A stretch of 64,000 bases of DNA from an uncultured bacterium (lineage in GTDB: Bacteria > Planctomycetota > UBA1135 > GCA-002686595): positions 15,994 to 79,993 of the forward strand of contig CALLKX010000057.1 in assembly GCA_938083085.1 (NCBI GenBank), read 5' to 3'. Below, one piece after another: positions 56,322-64,000 of this stretch. The translations under genes and the position numbers were made by a program. The notes under the pieces are model-generated. The model was not told the origin of the DNA and did not search any database. It saw nothing but the letters and a program-made list of their open reading frames with translations. Every line of letters starts with the position of its first letter. Within the stretch, counting starts at the first letter, position 1.

Positions 56322-58366
56322 CTCGCGCTCGATGGTCCGGCTGCGCCAGCCGCGCTGCATACCCGGTTCCGCCCGTTTTCCTTGGCCTTGTACAGGGCCT
56401 CGTCGGCGGCCTTGATCAGGTCATCGAACGTCTCCATCTCCGGCGTGGCGGTCGCGACCCCGAGGCTCACCGTGACGGCCTCGTGGAAGTCCCCGTGCTG
56501 AACAGCCTTCGCCTCAACTGCAGCGCGGAGGCGCTCCGCCGCGAGGACAGCCGTCGCCGGCGTGCCGCCCACGCTGAGCACGATGAACTCCTCTCCACCG
56601 AGACGGCAGAGGACGTCTGAGCCGCGGGTGTGGGCCTGCAAGTGAAGCGCGACGGACCGGAGGACCGCGTCGCCGGTGTCATGGCCAAACTGATCGTTGA
56701 CGCGCTTGAACGCGTCGATGTCCACGATCGTGACCGCGAGCCCTCGCCCGTTTCGGTGCATCCCCTCCCACTCCTGCTTGATCCGCTTCATGGCGTAGCG
56801 GCGGTTGGGGAGGTGGGTCAGGGCGTCGGTGAGCGCCGCGGCCCGCAGCTTCCGGGTCATGATCCCGAGCTCGGTCACCTGGCGAAGGCGCGCCCGCTCT
56901 GCGGCCTCCGCCCGCTCGCGGAGCTGAATCGCCCGCTCAGCCGCGCCCACTCGTGCCAGCAAGATCCGAGGATTGAAGGGCTTGCCGACGAAGTCATCGA
57001 CGCCAGCGTCAAAGGCCTCGACGACCTGCTCGTCGTTGCCACACGCCGTCACGATGATGAGGTACATGCGGGCGCCGGCCTGGCTCCGACGGAGGGTCCG
57101 GCAGAGATCAATGCCGCTCATCTCGGGCATCATCCAATCGGTGATCACGATCTGCGGCGAGTGCTCCAGCGCGAGCGAGAGCCCCTCGGAGCTAGAGCTG
57201 GCCGTCAGGACATCGAAGTTCTTGCGCTTCAGGTGGTGCGCGAGCAACCGCAGCATCTGCGGGTCATCCTCGACGACGAGGATGCGGGAGGGCGCCTGTC
57301 CCTCACCGCTGAAGCTGTCCAGCGGCAGCAGCGGACGGTCGAGGTCCTCCTGGAAGTGATTGGGCTCGTACGTCTCCCCGGCGAAGTCGACTCCGATCTC
57401 GAACGTGGTCGAGATGAGGGCGGACCGCATCCCTCGCCGCTCCATCTCGGCGGCGGTGTCCTGGAAGCTGCCTCCCGTGTGGACGGGCAGGTCGATGATT
57501 TGGCCCCAATCCTCGAGGCTGGGGACGATGGCGTCGCAGATCGAAAGTAGGGCGTCGGCGTCCATACCGAGCTCCTCACCCACATGCTGCAACGACAGGA
57601 AGAGGCCCCGCCATCGGGCGTCCTCGATCTCCCAGCTCCCGTTCATCACGCGGGCGATCTGGCGACCACTCCGGACAAGGTCCAGGAGCTCCGGCGGCCC
57701 TCCCATGTCCGAGACGTCGTCTCCTGACGAGTCGAGGTCCATGGCGCGCAGCAGCGCGACCTCCTGGAACTCCCCGGGAAGGCCCCAGTGAGCCATCAGC
57801 TCCGAGGTGACCTCGAAGTGGTCGATGCCAAACTCACGCGCCTCGACCTTGGCCAGCGCCAGGTCTGGAGCGTCTCTGTTGGCCGAGATGATGTCCGAGT
57901 ACCGCTCGGGGTGGACGCACGCCAGCGCCAGCTTCCCGACGTCACAGAGCAGGGCACAGGTGAAGGCGGAGGCGGGGTCGGGGAACCGCGTCACCTGGGC
58001 CAGCATGTGCACGGCGACCGCGGTCGCGAGCGAGTTGGACCAGTAGGTCTGAAAGTCGAAGTCCTTCGCCGTCCCGCGGCGGTTGTCCGCGATCAGCGAG
58101 AACCCGAGCGCGACGGATCGGACCGCGCGCGCCCCCAGGCGCATGGTGGCCTGCGCCACCGTATGAACCGGAGGCAGACCGTCCCGATACGCCGAGTTGG
58201 CAATCTTGATGATCCGGCCCGACAGGGCTGGGTCCGCGAGCACCGTCTTGATCAGCTCGTCGTAGGCGAAGTCATCCTTCGACGTGAGCGTGAGGATCCG
58301 CATTCCCGCCGCTGAGGGGGACGGCAGAGAACCCGTCAGCCGGAGCTCATTGAACTGGGGATGCAT
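56297..58366 (-). CDS. HDOD-REC-GGDEF diguanylate cyclase
   Basis: LPSP..DPALSGRIIKIANS..DVGKL..DHFEV..WGLP; VVEDD..ITDWMMP..KPF; DIDAFK, RGSD...GGEEF. Confidence 0.9.
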   Translation of the reverse strand: MHPQFNELRLTGSLPSPSAAGMRILTLTSKDDFAYDELIKTVLADPALSGRIIKIANSAYRDGLPPVHTVAQATMRLGARAVRSVALGFSLIADNRRGTAKDFDFQTYWSNSLATAVAVHMLAQVTRFPDPASAFTCALLCDVGKLALACVHPERYSDIISANRDAPDLALAKVEAREFGIDHFEVTSELMAHWGLPGEFQEVALLRAMDLDSSGDDVSDMGGPPELLDLVRSGRQIARVMNGSWEIEDARWRGLFLSLQHVGEELGMDADALLSICDAIVPSLEDWGQIIDLPVHTGGSFQDTAAEMERRGMRSALISTTFEIGVDFAGETYEPNHFQEDLDRPLLPLDSFSGEGQAPSRILVVEDDPQMLRLLAHHLKRKNFDVLTASSSSEGLSLALEHSPQIVITDWMMPEMSGIDLCRTLRRSQAGARMYLIIVTACGNDEQVVEAFDAGVDDFVGKPFNPRILLARVGAAERAIQLRERAEAAERARLRQVTELGIMTRKLRAAALTDALTHLPNRRYAMKRIKQEWEGMHRNGRGLAVTIVDIDAFKRVNDQFGHDTGDAVLRSVALHLQAHTRGSDVLCRLGGEEFIVLSVGGTPATAVLAAERLRAAVEAKAVQHGDFHEAVTVSLGVATATPEMETFDDLIKAADEALYKAKENGRNRVCSAAGAAGPSSASQSDRHSA

Positions 58367-58392
58367 GATCGGAGCGGTGGTCGCAGCCGCCC

Positions 58393-60447
58393 TCAGGCCG
58401 ACAGCCGCCGCGTTGTTGATTCATCGGCGCATGGGGAACTTTCCCTCGCCCCGCGAACCTGATTCCGGCCGAGGTTCTTCGCCTGATACACCGCTTCGTC
58501 AGCGGCCTTCATCATTTCAGACACCCCGGTGAAGCCCTGATCAAAGGACGCCACACCGAGGCTGACCGTCACGCGGCCCCGATAGCCTTCGGCCTCGACG
58601 ATGTTCCCCTCGACGACGAGCCGAACTCGCTCGGCGAGGATCCGGACCTCCTCCAGTACGGCCCCGCGAACGATGATGAGGAACTCCTCACCGCCAAACC
58701 GCGCGACCTGGTCTTCACCCCGGAGCGTGCTGCTTATGGCCTGAGCAGTCGACTTGAGGACCCGATCACCTACGTCATGGCCGTAGTTGTCGTTCACCGC
58801 CTTGAAGTGGTCGACATCAACCATGACCACGGCGAACTGGGTGCCACTCCGCGCGGCGGACTTCCACTCTGATTCGACCCGCTCCATCGCGTGGCGGCGG
58901 TTCGGGACCTCGGTGAGCAGGTCAGTCAACGAGAGCATTTTGAGCCTGCGGTTGAAGTTGTTCTTCTCCGCGAGCTGCCTGAGGATGGTGCGGCGGTCCT
59001 CTTCGACTCGACGCTGGAGTCCAACGATCCGCATCCCCGCTCGGAGCCGCGCAACGAGGAAGCGCGCGTCAAATGGCTTCTGGACGAAGTCATCGACGCC
59101 AGACTGGAAGGCTGTGACGAGGAGGTCCTCGGCTTCGGCTCCGGTCAGCAGCACGATGTACATGGACGACCCGCGCTTCGAGCGGCGTAGCGCACGAGTC
59201 AGCTCGAGGCCGCTCATCTCCGGCATCTCGTGATCAGCGACGATGATGTCCGGCCCCTCGCGCATGGCGATGCGCATGGCCTCCGAGCCGTTCTTGGCGA
59301 AGGTGACGTCGAAGCCTTGCTTGCGCAGCGTTGCGACAAGCAGTCGAAGCGCGACGGGGTCGTCGTCGACGGCCAGAATCTTGATTCGCTCAGTCCCGAG
59401 CGCACGACCGTCCTCGACGGCTTCTGCGGTCGTCACGATGGTGTCTGCGACCACCGACTCGCACCTGATGCCGCCGCCTGTCTGCAGGGCGACCTCATTC
59501 TTGAAGGCCTCGCGACCTCGCGCGGTGGCCTCCTTGATGCTCGAGAAGCTCACGTCGCAGGTCGAGATATCGAGGCGCTCCCCCCACCGGCTCCACTCGC
59601 CTGCGATCTGCCCGATCAGGCGGTCCAGGTCGGCGTCGCTGTAGTCGAGGACCTTCTGAAGGAGCTCGATCTGCTCACCCACCTCGTTGATCCTGCGCGG
59701 CGGCGTCGTCGCCGTGAAGAGCATGGCCGAGGAGAGCGCGTCTGCGAAGCGAAGTAGATCCGACAGAGAGTTGAGCTCCGCCGCTCCCTCCTTGGAGAGC
59801 CTCTCGAGGTTGAAACTCTCCACAGCGCCGGCAAACGCGTCAGGGAGGCCCCAATCCAACATCATGCAGTAGCAGATGGTGGCGTGGTCGATATCGAACG
59901 CTGCGTTCTCGGCGGCGAGAACGACGCTCATGGGCTGACCGCGTGTCTCGAGGAGGACCTTCGCGTAGGGCTCGCTGTGCACCGTCGCCAGCGCGAGCAC
60001 CCCCACCTCGGCGAGCAGGCCCGCCACATATCCCTCCTCAGACGAGACGCCAGGGACGTGCTGCGCAAGCGCCTTCGCGGCGACCGCTCGCGCGAGCGAA
60101 CCAGACCAGTAGAGGGGATAGTTGAAGGCCTTACACGACCCATCGTCCCGCTCGGAGATGACCGAGAACGCGAGCGCCAGGTTCCGGACCGTCGTCGCCC
60201 CGAGGCGCATGATGGCCGCCGAGACCGTGGTAATCGGCTCCTGGCCCGCCCTGTCGGCGGAGTTGGCGAGCTCGAGGATTCGACCCGTGAGGGAGGAGTC
60301 CGACATGATCGCCTGGCCCATGTCGTCCGCACTAAACTCGTCGGTACGGGTGATCTCAAGGATCTTGATTCCGACCCCGGCCGGCGACGGCAGTGTTCCA
60401 GAGCTCTTCAGCTCCTCGAATTCGACGGGGATCGCGCGCTTTTGCAT
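58393..60447 (-). CDS. HDOD-REC-GGDEF diguanylate cyclase (paralogue)
   Basis: LPSP..DSSLTGRILELANS..EVGVL..DHAT..WGLP; AVDDD..VADHEMP..KPF; DVDHFK, RGED...GGEEF. Confidence 0.9.
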   Translation of the reverse strand: MQKRAIPVEFEELKSSGTLPSPAGVGIKILEITRTDEFSADDMGQAIMSDSSLTGRILELANSADRAGQEPITTVSAAIMRLGATTVRNLALAFSVISERDDGSCKAFNYPLYWSGSLARAVAAKALAQHVPGVSSEEGYVAGLLAEVGVLALATVHSEPYAKVLLETRGQPMSVVLAAENAAFDIDHATICYCMMLDWGLPDAFAGAVESFNLERLSKEGAAELNSLSDLLRFADALSSAMLFTATTPPRRINEVGEQIELLQKVLDYSDADLDRLIGQIAGEWSRWGERLDISTCDVSFSSIKEATARGREAFKNEVALQTGGGIRCESVVADTIVTTAEAVEDGRALGTERIKILAVDDDPVALRLLVATLRKQGFDVTFAKNGSEAMRIAMREGPDIIVADHEMPEMSGLELTRALRRSKRGSSMYIVLLTGAEAEDLLVTAFQSGVDDFVQKPFDARFLVARLRAGMRIVGLQRRVEEDRRTILRQLAEKNNFNRRLKMLSLTDLLTEVPNRRHAMERVESEWKSAARSGTQFAVVMVDVDHFKAVNDNYGHDVGDRVLKSTAQAISSTLRGEDQVARFGGEEFLIIVRGAVLEEVRILAERVRLVVEGNIVEAEGYRGRVTVSLGVASFDQGFTGVSEMMKAADEAVYQAKNLGRNQVRGARESSPCADESTTRRLSA

Positions 60448-60469
60448 GGGTATCGAGTCCTGAGCTAGT

Positions 60470-60913
60470 TCAGCTCAACGCCAGTAGTGCCTTGAGAGCG
60501 GTTTGGACCTCGGAGTACATAGCCACCGCCCGGCGACCGGTCAGAACAAGGTCCTCGCCCTGGTCTTCCAAGCGGCAGAGGCTCTCGAGCTCTGCGCAGC
60601 AGCGCGAGAATTCGACGGCGCCGACGTGCGCACTCGACGACTTGAGCGCATGCGCAGCCTGGAGGACGCGGCCCGTCTCAAGACCTTCCAACCCAGCGTG
60701 CATCTCACTCACGCGCATGAGGCCCTCGGCGAGGAAGAGCTCAATGATCTCGGTGAGGAACTCCACGTCATCCCCGCCCAGCTCCTTGAGGACGTCGATC
60801 GCGTTCGCGTCCAGGATGACGCCCCCGCCGTTCCCGGGGCTGTGAATGTGGGCAGATAGCCCACCTGAATCGCCGCTGATGCTCATGGTCATTGGTTTCC
60901 CAATCGGAGTCAT
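60470..60913 (-). CDS. Stand-alone Hpt (histidine phosphotransfer) protein
   Basis: AAHALKSSSAHVGA motif, four-helix size. The start codon is uncertain. Confidence 0.88.
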   Translation of the reverse strand: MTPIGKPMTMSISGDSGGLSAHIHSPGNGGGVILDANAIDVLKELGGDDVEFLTEIIELFLAEGLMRVSEMHAGLEGLETGRVLQAAHALKSSSAHVGAVEFSRCCAELESLCRLEDQGEDLVLTGRRAVAMYSEVQTALKALLALS

Positions 60914-61005
60914 CGGCCCAGGGGGCGCAATCCCTTTTGCCCGCGGCGCAGAAAGCGAATCGGATCCCTTGATCGGAAGAAGTTTCCGACCAGAGCGCCG
61001 CTAGG

Positions 61006-61694
61006 TCACTTCCCGGGAACCGGTGGACCCGCGCTGGCGAAGGCGCCCGTGAGGGCCTCCTTGAAGCGTTCCATGAGACCTTCCGGCTCCTCGCGGCCGT
61101 GATCTACATGATCCTCGACGCGGGTCATCACGTCGCCGCTCAGCCCGCAGGGCGAGAAGCTCTGGTAGGCGCCCAGGTCGGTGGTCACGTTGACGGCGAG
61201 GCCATGCCAGGTCACCCACCCTCGGACGGCCACACCGATGGAGCAGACCTTCTGGGCCCCGATCCAGACTCCGGTGAGCCCCTCCTTACGGCAGCCCTCG
61301 ACCCCCACCGCGGCCAGCGCTTCGATCACCACACCCTCGAGCCAACGGAGATAGGCGTGCAGGTCCCGCTGCCCCTCCACCAGCTTGAGGATGGGATACG
61401 CGACCAACTGTCCCGGGCCGTGGAAGGTCGCCTCCCCGCCACGCTCGATGGTCACCACGGGGAAGGGGACCCCAGCCGTATCTCCTTCCGCGGACCGCCT
61501 GCCCCGCGTGACCACCGCGTCGTGCTCCACCAGCAAGAGCAGGTCGCCGACCTCATCGCTCAGCCGCGCCCGCAGCAGATCCTGCTGCAGGCCATAGGTC
61601 TCCTCGAACCCGCGACGGCCAAGGTCACGCACCTCAAAGGAGGGCCCGGAGATGCTCCTGACCTCAGCTCGTTCGGGGCGGTCGTCGCTCGAGG

Positions 61695-61698
<4 letters not shown>
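61006..61698 (-). CDS. lipB: Octanoyltransferase LipB
   Basis: LLVEHDAVVTRG, ERGGEATFHGPGQLVAYPI, KVCSIGV, TWHGLAVN, PCGL. Confidence 0.95.
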
Positions 61699-63107
<1,409 letters not shown>

Positions 63108-63116
63108 AGCTTGAAA

Positions 63117-64000
63117 TCAGAGGGGGAAGGCGCCGTCGCCGGGCTGGGCGTGGCCCAGCTTCTCCGCGACAGCAATGAAATCGTTGTATTCGCGCCGGAG
63201 GTGGTAGGGCACCTCGGCGTAGACGTCTTCGACCAGAGTCTTGAGCGCCATGGGCGGCGCCGCCTCCTGCTCGTGAATCACGGCGTCGATCTTGACGAGC
63301 AGCTGCGTCTCGAGGTCCGCGCGCTCTCCCTCGGAGACCACGCCGCGCTCGATGAGGTAGCGCTCGAAGCGCGCGATCGGATCGCGCTTGGCCCAGGCCT
63401 CCACCTCCTCGTCAGCCCGATACTTGGTCGGGTCGTCGGAGCTGGAGTGCCCGAGCATCCGGTAGGTCTTTAGCACGAGCATCGTCGGCCCCTCGCCGCG
63501 CCGCGCGCGCTCGATCGCGTCCGCCATGGCGCTCTGGCACGCGAGGACGTCGTTCCCGTCGACCTCGACGCCTGGGAAGCCATAGGCCGGCGCCTTCGCC
63601 GCGAAGGACTTGGCCGCGGTCTGAGCCGAGGAGGCGACGGAGATCGCCCACCCATTGTCCGTGCAGACGAAGACGGCCGGGACCTTCCAGACCCCCGCGA
63701 AGTTCAGGCCGCTGTGGAAGCCGTTGGAGCTGGTCGCGCCGTCACCAAAGTGAATGGCGTGGACGGTGTCTTCGCCGCGCCGCATCGAGGCGAAGGCCGC
63801 CCCGACCCCGTGGGTGATCTGCGTGCCGATAACGCTCGACCAGCTCGGGTAGTTGGTGCCCTTGTGCTGGAAGTGATTGCACATCTGGCGGCCCTTGGCG
63901 GTGTCATTCGCGTTGCAGTACATCTGCGCGACGTACTCCGCGAGCGGCAGGCCCCGCATCACGGCGGCGCCCCCTTCCCGCAGGCCAGACCACAACCAAT
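63117..64000 (-). CDS. 2-oxoacid dehydrogenase E1 alpha subunit, probably branched-chain type; 5'-truncated by the window edge
   Basis: TPP motif FGDGATS...N, GRQMCNH, VDGND, YRMLGHSSSDDP. Confidence 0.9.
   Translation of the reverse strand, partial: WLWSGLREGGAAVMRGLPLAEYVAQMYCNANDTAKGRQMCNHFQHKGTNYPSWSSVIGTQITHGVGAAFASMRRGEDTVHAIHFGDGATSSNGFHSGLNFAGVWKVPAVFVCTDNGWAISVASSAQTAAKSFAAKAPAYGFPGVEVDGNDVLACQSAMADAIERARRGEGPTMLVLKTYRMLGHSSSDDPTKYRADEEVEAWAKRDPIARFERYLIERGVVSEGERADLETQLLVKIDAVIHEQEAAPPMALKTLVEDVYAEVPYHLRREYNDFIAVAEKLGHAQPGDGAFPL

Noticed and set aside
60914-61005. c-di-GMP riboswitch upstream of the Hpt-DGC operon
   Set aside because: Only a GGGCAAA fragment is present; no GNRA-capped P2 stem or GACGCAAAGC core is recognisable.

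Overview
A 64-kb, very GC-rich bacterial window that reads as core or semi-core chromosome. The lineage is probably Planctomycetota, inferred from the DUF58/BatA/vWA/prenyltransferase-barrel operon and a secreted protein with an 'NSTG...FQAWYRD...SN' C-terminal module; this is not proven. About 39 credible CDS and one tRNA-Ile2(CAU) are present, and most other ORFs in the track are GC-rich shadow ORFs. No CRISPR array, transposase, integrase or phage genes were seen. Recognisable genes include rnd, hrpB, lipB, lpdA, a 2-oxoacid dehydrogenase E1-alpha, a sialidase, an M20 peptidase and several glycosyltransferases. The best candidates for undescribed biology are five. (1) A P450, FAAL-ACP and DUF374/LpxJ-like acyltransferase operon directly behind the tRNA, facing a methyltransferase-GT87 pair. 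(2) A fully translationally coupled 7-gene DUF58/vWA envelope operon with no MoxR ATPase beside it. (3) A membrane-anchored ~900-aa coiled-coil protein with periodic L-E-P-L kinks and a C-terminal helix-hairpin-helix domain. (4) An Hpt gene followed by twin HDOD-REC-GGDEF cyclases with no kinase. (5) A ~1940-aa DUF748/AsmA-like protein flanked by lipoproteins. Overlapping bidirectional -10 elements in front of apparently leaderless genes and several drifting intergenic minisatellites are also visible. All family assignments come from motif recognition by eye, not database searches.
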